Shown here piece after piece: positions 1-9,543 of a stretch of DNA of 64,000 nucleotides. Source of the DNA: Candidatus Fervidifonticultor secundus (GTDB taxonomy: Bacteria > Sysuimicrobiota > Sysuimicrobiia > Sysuimicrobiales > Humicultoraceae); NCBI GenBank assembly GCA_031459385.1, contig JAVKIP010000001.1, positions 96,001 to 160,000 of the forward strand, read 5' to 3'. Made by a program: the position numbers and the translations under genes. The notes beneath the pieces were generated by a model. That model was not told the DNA's origin, made no database searches, and saw only the letters and a program-made list of their open reading frames with translations. Positions within the stretch are counted from its first letter, which is position 1. The number at the start of each line of letters is the position of its first letter.

Positions 1-73
1 GGTGCCACCTCCTCCTGGGCGAAGCGGCGCGCGCGCTCCTGGACCGCGCGCTGCGCGGAGGTCAGCGCGAAGT

Positions 74-487
74 TCACGGCAGCACCGCCAGACCTTCCAG
101 CTCGACGAGCGCCTGGTCGTGGAAGAACCCGCCGACCTCGAACAGGGCCATGGCCGGGTAGTGCCCGCCGAAGTAGCGGCGGAACACCTCGCCCAGCGGC
201 TGCAGCTGCGCCTGGTAGGCGTCGCGGTCGCGCACGAAGATGTTGAGCTTGGTCACGTCCTGCAGGGTGCCGCCTGCGGCTTCCACCACCGCCTGCAGGT
301 TCTTGAGGACCTGCTCGAACTGCGCCACCAGGTCGCCCGGCGCGACGATGCGGCCGGCGGCGTCGCTGGCGTCCTGGCCGGCCAGGAACAGCAACCGCCC
401 GCCGGTGGTGACGATGCCGTGGCTGAATCCCCGGGGTGGGGGCAGGCCCGGCGGGTTGATGATCTCACGTCGTCGCGGCTCGCTCAC
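74..487 (-). CDS. RidA/YjgF family protein
   Basis: GFSHG, LFLAGQ, TKLNIFV, YPAMALFEV and VELEG motifs; typical companion of abm clusters. Confidence 0.9.
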   Translation of the reverse strand: MSEPRRREIINPPGLPPPRGFSHGIVTTGGRLLFLAGQDASDAAGRIVAPGDLVAQFEQVLKNLQAVVEAAGGTLQDVTKLNIFVRDRDAYQAQLQPLGEVFRRYFGGHYPAMALFEVGGFFHDQALVELEGLAVLP

Positions 488-572
488 GGTCCCTCCCCTA
501 CGTGCCGGTCTCTGCGCCGCGGCAGCCGGCGTCGTCCGGCCCCGCGACCGACCCCGGGCGGTGTTCCCCCGG

Positions 573-1364
573 CTACCGCCCCACGAACTTCGGGTCGGTC
601 TTGGCCTTGAACGCCTCGTAGAAGCGCCGGTGGTCCTCGGCCATGAGCATCAGCGCCTGCGCCTGCGCCTCGGCCTCCAGCGCGGCGTCCAGGTCCATGT
701 GCTGTTCGTGCTGGAGCATGCGTTTGGTCATCCCCACGGCCTGCGTGGGGCCGCTGGCGAGTCGCTGCGCCCAGTCGCGCGCGGTCGGCAGCAGGTCGTC
801 GTGGGGGACCACGCGGTTGACCAGGCCGTAGCGCTCGGCGGTGGCGGCGTCGATCGCATCGCCGAAGAGCAGTAACTCCGCCGCGCGGCCCGTGCCGACC
901 AGGCGGGGCAGCAGGTATGCCGCGCCCATGTCGGCGCCGGTCAGGCCCACCTTCGTGAACAGAAACGCGAAGCGCGCGCGGTCCGACGCCAAGCGCAGGT
1001 CGCTGGCCAGCGCCAGCACCGCGCCGGCGCCCGCGGCCATGCCGTTGATCGCCGCGATGATGGGCCGGTCCAGGGTGCGCATCGCCTTGACCACGGCGCC
1101 GGTCATGCGCGTGAACTCCAGGTGCCCGCGCACGTCGCGCCGGAGGAGCTCCCCGATGATCTCGTGTACGTCTCCGCCCGAGCAGAACCCCGCCCCGGCG
1201 CCGGTCAGGATCAGCGCACGCACGGCCTCGTCGTACCGGAGGGCTTCCAGGAGGTCGCGCAGCTGCCCGTAGACGGTGAACGTGAGGGCGTTGAGGACCT
1301 GCGGGCGGTCGAGGGTGATGGTGGCCACGCCGTCGGCCACCTCGTAGCGGAAGTCGTAGCTCAT
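573..1364 (-). CDS. Enoyl-CoA hydratase/isomerase family protein
   Basis: ATITLDRP, FCSGGD and IAAING..AGAG crotonase motifs; GGAGG RBS. Confidence 0.93.
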   Translation of the reverse strand: MSYDFRYEVADGVATITLDRPQVLNALTFTVYGQLRDLLEALRYDEAVRALILTGAGAGFCSGGDVHEIIGELLRRDVRGHLEFTRMTGAVVKAMRTLDRPIIAAINGMAAGAGAVLALASDLRLASDRARFAFLFTKVGLTGADMGAAYLLPRLVGTGRAAELLLFGDAIDAATAERYGLVNRVVPHDDLLPTARDWAQRLASGPTQAVGMTKRMLQHEQHMDLDAALEAEAQAQALMLMAEDHRRFYEAFKAKTDPKFVGR

Positions 1365-1473
1365 CGCTGCCTCCTCGGAGGACGGCTGCGCTTTCCTTCT
1401 CCCCGGTGCGCGGGTGGGTCCTCTCGCGCCGCTCCCCGGTGTCGGCCCCGGTGCTGGCCCCCGCGCCCGGCGG

Positions 1474-3639
1474 CTACTCCGCGTCGAGCTCCGGCGGATC
1501 CATCAGGCACAGGTCCGCGCGGCCCGCGGCCAGGATCGTGTTGGCCTCGTCGGCCGTGACCAGGTACCCGCCTACCAGCGTCGGGACCCTGGCTTCGTTG
1601 CGAATGAGATCCGCCAGACCGGTGAGGGAGCCGCGGCCGTAGGCCGGGTGCCCCTCGGGCACCGTCTGCCCCGCCAGCACCCACAGCAGGTCCGCGCCCT
1701 GCGCGGCGAACGCCCGGGCAGCGGTCACCGCGTCCTCCGCTTCGAATCCGCCGGGCACGCAGTCGGAGGCGGAGAACGCCACGCAGAGCGGCCGGTCGGC
1801 GGGCCAGGCCTCCCGCACTGCCGCCAGGACCTCCAGGGGGAACCGCAGCCGCCCGGCCACGGCGCCGCCGTAGGCGTCGCGGCGCCGGTTCGTGAGCGGC
1901 GAGAGAAAGCTGGCCAGCAGGTACCCCCACCCGGCGTGCAGCACCAGCAGGTCGAAGCCGGCCGCGGCCGCGCGGGCTGTCGCCGCTACGAAGGCGTCGC
2001 GCACCGCGGTCATGGCGTCGCGGTCTATCGCTCGTGGCACCTGGCTCGCTTTCGTGTAGGGGACGGCTGATGCCGCCACGAGCGGCCAGGCGCCCGCGCG
2101 CAGCGGCCGGTCCAGGCCCTCTTGGCGCGGCCGCACGGCGCCGCGCCGACCGGCGTGGTTGAGGACGATGCCGAGGGCTGCGGGCGCCTGCCGCCGCACC
2201 GCGCTCACCGTTGCCTGCCAGGCATCGGCGTGAAGGGCCTCGTAGAGCCCCGGGTCGCCGGGCGTCACGCGGCCGTCGGCGGTTACCGCCACGGGCTCGG
2301 TCAGCACCAGCGCCGCGCCGGCGGCCGCGCGACGCGCGAGCGCCTGGCGGTGGCGCTCCCCGGGTAGACCGCCGGGTGCCACATCTGCCGGCCGGCAGGC
2401 CAGCACGACGCGGTTGGGCAGAGATAGCCCGCGCAGGCGCAGGGGGGCCAGCAGCGGCGGCGGGGCCACCAGGGGGACGGCGGCGCTGCCCCCGTGCGCG
2501 CCCGCCGCAGCGTGCGCGGCGAACCAGCGGTCCACCCCCGCCACGAACAGCGGATCGCGGACCCGCAGCGAGTCGTACGAGATCCGTCCACTGCGCGTCA
2601 TCAGGTGGAAGGCGAACTGGGGCGGGGCCAGGTGCAGGTAGCGCCGCAGGCGCTCGAAGTACGTCTGGCTCTCCGCGGCGGCCTGTTGCAGGGCTTCGAC
2701 CGCGGGCCGGCGCGTGGCCTCGTAGTCGTTGAACGCCGTCTCCCGGTCGCGGTGCGTCTCGAAGGCGCGTGCCAGCGCCACGGCGTCCTCCATGGCCAGT
2801 TTCGTGCCCGACCCGATGGAGAAGTGCGCGGTGTGGGCGGCATCGCCCAGGAGCACGACGTTCTGGTGCCACCACCGTGCGCACCGCACCGTCACGAAGT
2901 TGATCCACCGCGAGTTGTTGGAGAGCAGCGGGCGGTCGGCGAGGAAGTCGCCGAAGAGGCGCTGGCAGTAGGCCAGGCTCGCGGCCTCGTCGGCCTCGGC
3001 GAGGCCGGCCGCCCGCCAGACCTCCTCGGCGCACTCCACGATGAACGTGCTGGTCGTGCCGTCGAACGGGTACGCGTGGACCTGAAACAGCCCGTCGGGA
3101 CCGTCGCGGATGATGAAGGTGAAGGCGTCCAGCCAGCGCGTGGTCCCTAGCCAGATGTAGCGGGTCCGGCCCACGTCCAGCGTGGGGGTGAAGGCTCTGG
3201 CGAAGGCCCGGCGGATCACGCTGTTGACGCCGTCGGCCGCAATCACCACGTCGGCGTCCAGGTAGGGTGCCGGGTCGGCGACGTCGGCGCGAAAGCGCAG
3301 CGCCACGCCCAGCTCCGCGCAGCGCCGCTGCAGGATCTCCAGCAACGCGGTACGCCGGATCCCGGCGAAGGGCTGTCCACCGCACCGGAGCACCTCGCCG
3401 CGATGGTGGATCGCGATCGTGTCCCAGAGGACGAACCGGTCGGTGATCTCGCGGTACGTCGTCGTGTCGGCCTCCTGGAAGCCCGCCAGGGTGCGCTCGG
3501 AGAAGACGACGCCCCACCCGTAGGTGGCGTCGGGCGGGTTGCGCTCGAAGACGGTGACCTCCCGCCGGGGATCGGCCTTCTTGAGCAGCAGCGCGGCGTA
3601 CAGCCCGGCGGGACCGCCGCCGATGACCACGATCTTCAC
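1474..3639 (-). CDS. abmA: Bifunctional anthraniloyl-/salicylyl-CoA monooxygenase-oxidoreductase (AbmA-like)
   Basis: N-terminal FAD monooxygenase (GGGPAGLY, GWGVVFS, GDAAHTAHFSIGSGTKLAMED) fused to an OYE-like domain (GYLLASFLSPLTN, DAYGG). Confidence 0.85.
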   Translation of the reverse strand: MKIVVIGGGPAGLYAALLLKKADPRREVTVFERNPPDATYGWGVVFSERTLAGFQEADTTTYREITDRFVLWDTIAIHHRGEVLRCGGQPFAGIRRTALLEILQRRCAELGVALRFRADVADPAPYLDADVVIAADGVNSVIRRAFARAFTPTLDVGRTRYIWLGTTRWLDAFTFIIRDGPDGLFQVHAYPFDGTTSTFIVECAEEVWRAAGLAEADEAASLAYCQRLFGDFLADRPLLSNNSRWINFVTVRCARWWHQNVVLLGDAAHTAHFSIGSGTKLAMEDAVALARAFETHRDRETAFNDYEATRRPAVEALQQAAAESQTYFERLRRYLHLAPPQFAFHLMTRSGRISYDSLRVRDPLFVAGVDRWFAAHAAAGAHGGSAAVPLVAPPPLLAPLRLRGLSLPNRVVLACRPADVAPGGLPGERHRQALARRAAAGAALVLTEPVAVTADGRVTPGDPGLYEALHADAWQATVSAVRRQAPAALGIVLNHAGRRGAVRPRQEGLDRPLRAGAWPLVAASAVPYTKASQVPRAIDRDAMTAVRDAFVAATARAAAAGFDLLVLHAGWGYLLASFLSPLTNRRRDAYGGAVAGRLRFPLEVLAAVREAWPADRPLCVAFSASDCVPGGFEAEDAVTAARAFAAQGADLLWVLAGQTVPEGHPAYGRGSLTGLADLIRNEARVPTLVGGYLVTADEANTILAAGRADLCLMDPPELDAE

Positions 3640-3646
3640 GGGCGCC

Positions 3647-4492
3647 TCACGCGACGATGTCGGCCAGGCGCGCGAGCTGCGTCAGCTCGGCCACCGCGGG
3701 AAACAGGACGAGCTCGTGGCACCCGGCGTCCGCGTAGCCCCGGAGGAACTGCACGACCGCCTGCGGGGTCGTCAGCAGCGCTGCGGCGATGCGTTCGGCG
3801 AAGGGCCCGGTGAAGGCGTAGTAGTCCTTCATGTACCGGATGCCGGCCTCGATCGTGGCGTCGTCGCCCAGCGCGAAGTACCCCTGGCCCCACAGCCGCG
3901 GCTCGCCCGGACGCCCGGCGTCGATCCAGGCGGCGCGCGCGCGGTCGGCGGCGCGGGCGAACGCGCGCGGCGGGCCGCCGCCGTGCACGTACCCGTCGGC
4001 GTACCGGGCCGCCCGGGCGAACGCCTCGTCGGTCAGCCCGCCGACCAGCAGCGGCGGGCCCTGCGGTCGCAGCGCGCGCGGCACGACGGGGCTGCCCTCC
4101 CACAGCGTCCGCAGCGTCGCCAGCTGCTCGGACAGCACGCGGCCGCGGTGGCGGTGCGCGACGCCCGTGACCGCGTAGTCCTCGTGGCGTGCGCCCACGC
4201 CCACGCCGACCACCAGCCGCCCGCCCGAGAGGGCGTCCAGCGAGGCGAGGCTCTTGGCCAGCAGCGCGGTATTGCGCAGCGGCGCCACCACGATCATCGT
4301 GGCCAGCTGCACGCGCCGCGTGACCGCAGCGGCAGCCCCCAGCGTCACCAGGGGCTCGAAGCTGTCGTAGGGCATGCGGTCGATGACACCCAGGCTGGAG
4401 AACGGGCCGGCATCGGCCCGTTGGGCCCAGGTCAGCAATAGCTCACCGGGCGCGCCGGGGATGCCGCTTGGCAGTCCGATCCCAACCTGCAT
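3647..4492 (-). CDS. LLM-class (luciferase-like) flavin-dependent oxidoreductase
   Basis: SLDALSGGRLVVGVGVG and ARYADG motifs; start moved to ATG 4492 after a GGAGGT RBS. Confidence 0.88.
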   Translation of the reverse strand: MQVGIGLPSGIPGAPGELLLTWAQRADAGPFSSLGVIDRMPYDSFEPLVTLGAAAAVTRRVQLATMIVVAPLRNTALLAKSLASLDALSGGRLVVGVGVGARHEDYAVTGVAHRHRGRVLSEQLATLRTLWEGSPVVPRALRPQGPPLLVGGLTDEAFARAARYADGYVHGGGPPRAFARAADRARAAWIDAGRPGEPRLWGQGYFALGDDATIEAGIRYMKDYYAFTGPFAERIAAALLTTPQAVVQFLRGYADAGCHELVLFPAVAELTQLARLADIVA

Positions 4493-4589
4493 GCAGACCT
4501 CCACGCCCGGGAGTGCGCGCCACACCGGCGCGACGGTGCATATGGTTCGCACGGGGCCGGCGCGCCTCCTGGCGGGCTGCGGGGCAGGC

Positions 4590-5426
4590 CTACTCTTTGA
4601 GCGCGCCGGTCAGGCCCGCGACGTAGTGTTCGACGAAGAACGAATACGCCAGTGCCACCGGGACCGACCCCAGCAGCGCGCCGGCCATCAGCGGGCCCCA
4701 CTGGAAGACGTCGCCGGTCACGAGCTCGGTGGCCAGGCCCACCGGAATCGTCTTCTGCGCCGACGACGAGAGGAAGACCAGGGCGTACAGGTACTCGTTC
4801 CACGACAGCGTGAACGAAAAGATCAGACACGAGAGGATCCCGGGCAACGCCAGCGGCAGCGTCACGTGCCGCATGACCTGGAAGCGGTCGGCCCCGTCGA
4901 TGCGCGCGCAGTCCTCCAGTTCCACCGGGATCGACCGGAAGTAGCCCATGAGCAACCAGGTCGCGAACGGGATCAGGAACGTCGGGTAGCTCAGGATCAA
5001 CGCACCCGGGTGGTCCCACAGGCCCAGCGCGTTGATCACCCGCGACAGCGGGATGAACAGAATGACCGGCGGCACCAGGTACGAGAGGAAGATGGCCACG
5101 CCCAGGGCCCCCGCGCCGCGGAAGCGTAGCCGCTGGATGGCGTAGGCGGCCAGCAGACTCGCTGCCAGCGAGAGGGCCGTCGACCCCACGGAGATCACCA
5201 GGGTGTTCCACAGCCACGGCAGGAACGACGTGCGGACCAGCAGCGTCTCGACGTGGGCCAGCGTGGGGCGCGTCGTCCACAGCTGGTTCAGGGCCAGGTT
5301 GTAGAGGTCGCGGTTGGGTTTGATGGCGGTGATCAGCATCCAGTAGAACGGGAACAGCAGGAAGACGAGGAACGCCCACAGCGGCAGGTAGAAGGTCAGG
5401 GCGCGGACCACCAGGGCGCGGGGCAT
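4590..5426 (-). CDS. Carbohydrate-type (CUT1) ABC permease
   Basis: EAA motif (ELEDCARIDGA), WNEYLYAL, TM helices. Confidence 0.92.
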   Translation of the reverse strand: MPRALVVRALTFYLPLWAFLVFLLFPFYWMLITAIKPNRDLYNLALNQLWTTRPTLAHVETLLVRTSFLPWLWNTLVISVGSTALSLAASLLAAYAIQRLRFRGAGALGVAIFLSYLVPPVILFIPLSRVINALGLWDHPGALILSYPTFLIPFATWLLMGYFRSIPVELEDCARIDGADRFQVMRHVTLPLALPGILSCLIFSFTLSWNEYLYALVFLSSSAQKTIPVGLATELVTGDVFQWGPLMAGALLGSVPVALAYSFFVEHYVAGLTGALKE

Positions 5427-5427
5427 G

Positions 5428-6354
5428 TCACTCTCTCCGCAGGTAGTGGTAGGCGACCGCGACCGACGCCAGCAGCACCGGCAGCATGAAGCCCGAGATG
5501 GCAGCGCCCTCGCCGATGTAGCCGCCCTGGATCGCGCGCTGGTAGGCCAGGGTGCCCAGCAGGTGGGTGGCGTTGGCCGGGCCGCCCTTGGTGATGATCC
5601 AGACCAGCTGGAAGTCGCCGACGGTCATGATGGTGGAGAACACGGTCACCACGGCGGTGAGCGGGAGCAACAGCGGCCAGGTGATGGCCCAGAACTTCTG
5701 CCAGGGGCCCGCGCCGTCGATGTCGGCGGCCTCGTAGAGCGTGGGCGAGACGGTCTGCAGTCCGGCCAGCAGGCCGATGGCGAAGAAGGGGATCCCCCGC
5801 CAGACGTTGGCCGCAATGAGGGAGGCTCGGGCCAGCGTCGGGTCGCCCAGGTAGTTGATGAAGCCGTCGACCAGCCCCATCTGCTTCAGCATCCAGGTGA
5901 GGACGCTGAACGTCCCGTCGTAGAGCCAGTAGAAGACCAGCGCCGAGAGCGACGTCGGCACGATCCACGGCAGCAGCATCACGGCCCGCACGATTCGCTT
6001 GCCGGCGAACTCGCGGTTGACCAGCAGGGCCAGCAGGAAGCCCAGCGCCAGCTTGAACAGCACAGCGACGCCGGCGTAGAGGGCGGTGTTGAAGACCACC
6101 AGGCGGAACACCGCGTCGTCCAGGAGGTAGGCGAAGTTGGCCAGTCCGACGAACCGGCCGGGGGTCCCGATAGTGGCGTCGGTCAGGCTGAGCCAGGCTC
6201 CCAGCGCGAACGGGTAGGCCAGGAAGAGGGCCAGCAGCAGCACCGCCGGGCCCACCATGACCGCGCCCAGCACGTGCCGGTTCTCCACCAGGCGCGCCCA
6301 CCGCCCCTCGCGGCGGGCCGCGGTGGTTGTGGTAACGATCTCGACGCCGGCCAT
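5428..6354 (-). CDS. Carbohydrate-type (CUT1) ABC permease
   Basis: LYEAADIDGA motif, TKGGP, TM helices; start may be 6354 or 6360. Confidence 0.92.
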   Translation of the reverse strand: MAGVEIVTTTTAARREGRWARLVENRHVLGAVMVGPAVLLLALFLAYPFALGAWLSLTDATIGTPGRFVGLANFAYLLDDAVFRLVVFNTALYAGVAVLFKLALGFLLALLVNREFAGKRIVRAVMLLPWIVPTSLSALVFYWLYDGTFSVLTWMLKQMGLVDGFINYLGDPTLARASLIAANVWRGIPFFAIGLLAGLQTVSPTLYEAADIDGAGPWQKFWAITWPLLLPLTAVVTVFSTIMTVGDFQLVWIITKGGPANATHLLGTLAYQRAIQGGYIGEGAAISGFMLPVLLASVAVAYHYLRRE

Positions 6355-6448
6355 CTCCACCCTTCGGCGCTCCCGGGCGAGGGACGCCGGTGGCGCCGCC
6401 CGCCCGAAAGCCGCCTCCCGTTCCGGCGGTCGCCCGCCGGAACGCGTC

Positions 6449-7852
6449 CTATGCCTGGTAGATCCGGCGCAGGCGGTCCTCCGCGGCCCGGATCGCGTCG
6501 CGTACGCTGCGCCGGCCGGTGAGGGCTTCCGCGAACATGTCCACGATCACGAACTCTGCCATGGCACGCGCCGACTTCGGCCCCGGCACGCCGGCATAGG
6601 AGTGCGGCAGCATCCGGGCCACCGCGTCCCGGAACGGCAGCGCCTTGGGGTCGGAACGCCAGACCGCGAGGCCATTGTACGCCCGCAGCGGGTGGGTGAC
6701 GTAGCCCAGCATGGCGTTGATCCAGCGGCTGTACTGGATATCCTCCATCATGAACCGGAGGAACTCCTTGGCCGCGTTGGGGGAGCGCGTGTACCGGAAG
6801 ATGTACGCCTGGCTGAACAGGTGCAGCTCGGTGGGCCGGCCGACCGGGCCGATGGGGAAGTTGGCGTGGTTCATGTCGCGGGCGATCTCAGGGAAGTCGT
6901 TGCGGGCAGCGAAGTAGATACTGATGCCGTTGTTGGTCAGGGAGATCTCGCCGGCCAGGAACGCCCGGTTGTTGTGGGGGTCGAGCCAGCCGGCCACGCC
7001 GGGGATCATGGTCTCGTAGAGCTGGCGCCCGTACTCCAGGGCGTTGACCGTCTCGGGCGCGTTGATGGTGATGGTCTTGTTGTCCGGCCCGACCGCCTTG
7101 GCCCCGAACGCCCACAGGCACCAGTGCACCCACACGTTGCCGTCGCCCACCGCCTTGCCCAGCGCGAACCCGGTGGGATGGCCCCGCCGGCGCAGCGCCT
7201 GGCACAGCCGGAGGAACTCGTCGGTGGTCCTGGGGAATTTGGCCGGATCGGGGTCGAACCCCGCCTCCTTCACCCACGACTCGCGGTAGTTGATGGTCGC
7301 CCCCGGGGCGCCGATGGGCACGCCGATCCACTGCTTATGCTCCTGGCTGAAGCCGTACTGCGGCGCCACCGGGAACCAGCCGCCGTACTTGCGCCCCAGG
7401 TACTCGGCGAGGTCGGTCACCGGCACCAGCTTGTCGGCCCACAGGTGCGGCTCGTCGAAGAACCCGATGACGATGTCGGGGCCGGCCCCGACGTTGGCCG
7501 CGGCGGCCGCCTTGGGCTGGACGTCGGTCCACGTCTCGCGCTCGACCGTCACCTGCACCCCGGTGCGGCGGCTGAACTCGGCGGCGTTCTGCTGGAACGT
7601 GGGCTCGTCGGTGCTGACGAACTGCGACCAGCGCAGCACGCGCAGCGTGGCTCCCCGTTCCACCGGGAACGACATCGTGAGGTCCGGATTGTAGGATCCC
7701 GGGGGCAGCTGCGCGGCAGCCTCCTGCAGCCAGCCACGCAGGCCGAGGTGAGCCATCGTCGCGCCCGCCAGGCCGGCCGCACCCGCCTTCAGCACCTGCC
7801 GGCGCGTCAGGCCGTGTTCGCGTTGCGCCACGCGGGGATGGTCATGCGCCAT
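6449..7852 (-). CDS. Extracellular solute-binding protein (family 1) with Tat signal
   Basis: TRRQVLK twin-arginine motif; ATG 7852 preceded by AAGGGAGG; upstream of two permeases. Confidence 0.88.
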   Translation of the reverse strand: MAHDHPRVAQREHGLTRRQVLKAGAAGLAGATMAHLGLRGWLQEAAAQLPPGSYNPDLTMSFPVERGATLRVLRWSQFVSTDEPTFQQNAAEFSRRTGVQVTVERETWTDVQPKAAAAANVGAGPDIVIGFFDEPHLWADKLVPVTDLAEYLGRKYGGWFPVAPQYGFSQEHKQWIGVPIGAPGATINYRESWVKEAGFDPDPAKFPRTTDEFLRLCQALRRRGHPTGFALGKAVGDGNVWVHWCLWAFGAKAVGPDNKTITINAPETVNALEYGRQLYETMIPGVAGWLDPHNNRAFLAGEISLTNNGISIYFAARNDFPEIARDMNHANFPIGPVGRPTELHLFSQAYIFRYTRSPNAAKEFLRFMMEDIQYSRWINAMLGYVTHPLRAYNGLAVWRSDPKALPFRDAVARMLPHSYAGVPGPKSARAMAEFVIVDMFAEALTGRRSVRDAIRAAEDRLRRIYQA

Positions 7853-7932
7853 GGCTCTTTGGCCTCCCTTCGTGTCCCTTGGCCTGTTCGCTGTCACTGA
7901 GAACTTTGACGCCAGCGAGGGCTTTCCTACCC

Positions 7933-8982
7933 TCACATGTCGACGAGGAGCGGCAGGTCGTCCCGGGGAAAGACCTCGCCGATGCGAGCGACGGTCTCGA
8001 CGCCGCGCGCGCGCAACGCGGCCTCGAGGAGGGCGGCGCGCGCGGGGGGCACGGCCAGCAGCAGGCCGCCGGAGGTCTGCGCGTCGGCCAGCAGCAGGCG
8101 GGTGAGCTCGTCCACCCCGGGCGCCCACCGGACTTTGTCGGCCAGCCACTCGAGGTTGCGGGCAGTGCCGCCGGCGATGGCGCCGCCGCGGGCCAGGTCG
8201 CGGGCTCCGTCGAGGATGGGGACGGCGCGTGCAGCGACGCGCGCCGCCACCCCGCTCGCCTCCACCAGCTCGTGCAGGTGCCCCAGCAGGCCGAAGCCCG
8301 TCACGTCGGTGGCGGCGTGCACGCCGACCTCCTGCATCGCCTCGGACGCGGCGCGGTTGAGGGTCGCCATGACCCGCACGGCCGCGTCCGCCACCTCGGG
8401 CGGGGTCTTCTCCTGCTTGATGCCGGTGGTGATGACGCCGATGCCGAGCGGTTTGGTCAGGACGAGGACGTCGCCGGCGCGCGCGCCGGCATTGGTCACG
8501 AACCGCTCGGGATGCACGAACCCCGTGACGGCCAGGCCGTACTTCGGCTCGGGGTCGTCGATGGTGTGGCCGCCCACGACGAGCACGCCCGCCTCGGTGG
8601 CCTTGTCGGCGCCGCCGCGCAGGATCTCGGCCAGCAGGTCCAGCGGCAGCCGGCGGGGGAAGCCGGCGATGTTGAGGGCAAGCACCGGCCGGCCGCCCTT
8701 GGCGTAGATGTCCGAGAGGGCGTTGGCCGCGGCGATGACCCCGAACGTGTACGGGTCGTCCACGATGGGCGTGAAGACGTCGACGGTCTGGACCAGCGCC
8801 AGGTCGCCGCGCAGCCGGTAGATGGCCGCGTCATCATGGGTGCCGAACCCCAGCAGCAGGTTCGGGTCGCCGGGTCTGGGCAGGTGGCGCAGCACGTACG
8901 CCAGCTCGCCGGGCGGCAGCTTCGACGCTCAGCCCGCGCAGGCGACCAGGGACGTGAGCCGCACGCGCTCGCGCTGGGTCAT
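7933..8982 (-). CDS. selD: Selenide, water dikinase (selenophosphate synthetase), selenocysteine-containing
   Basis: ATG 8982 with AGGAGGT RBS gives MTQRERVRLTSLVACAG-TGA-ASKLPP in frame with the 7933..8895 ORF; DDAAIY, VQTVD, ANALSDIYAKGG, TDVTGFGLLGH and DAQTSGGLL motifs. Confidence 0.95.
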
Positions 8983-9056
8983 GCGCCACCTCCTTTCCGC
9001 ACCGCCGCCCGGAACAACGGCCGGCACGCAGGCGTTCTTCCGGTATCATAGCGGAG

Positions 9057-9473
9057 ATGGGTGCGTACGAGGTCATCGAGCACACGGCCGACGTGGGGCT
9101 CGTCGTCCGGGGCCGCTCGCTGCGGGATCTGTTCGAGACCGCCGCGGAGGGCATGTTCACCTTCCTGGTGGACCCCGCCACGGTCGAGAACCGGGCCTGG
9201 CGGATGCGCCGGGTCGACGCCGAGGACGTCGAGGGCCTGTTGGTGGCGTGGTTGAACGACCTGCTGCTGCTGCTGAACGCGGAGGAGTTCGTCCCCAAGG
9301 TCTTCGTCGTGGACGAGATCTCCCCCACGCGGGTGCGTGCCACCGTGCACGGCGAGCCGGTCGACCCCGGCCGTCACCGGTTTCGCCTGGACGTGAAGGC
9401 TGCGACCTACCATGGGCTGGAGGTCCGGCAGACCCCGCAGGGGTGGACCGCGACGGTCATCTTCGACGTGTGA
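9057..9473 (+). CDS. Archease family protein
   Basis: YEVIEHTADV N-terminus, VKAATYH, C-terminal FDV. Confidence 0.92.
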   Translation: MGAYEVIEHTADVGLVVRGRSLRDLFETAAEGMFTFLVDPATVENRAWRMRRVDAEDVEGLLVAWLNDLLLLLNAEEFVPKVFVVDEISPTRVRATVHGEPVDPGRHRFRLDVKAATYHGLEVRQTPQGWTATVIFDV

Positions 9474-9543
9474 GGAGCGGGCGGGTGCGGTGGCGGGCGA
9501 GTCCCTGATGCCGTGGGCGCGGGGGGCGCGGGGCATGCTTTCC

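Noticed and set aside
7933..8982. selD as a pseudogene with a premature stop
   Set aside because: The TGA falls exactly at the catalytic Cys/Sec position with an intact RBS, N-terminus and downstream motifs; Sec recoding fits better.
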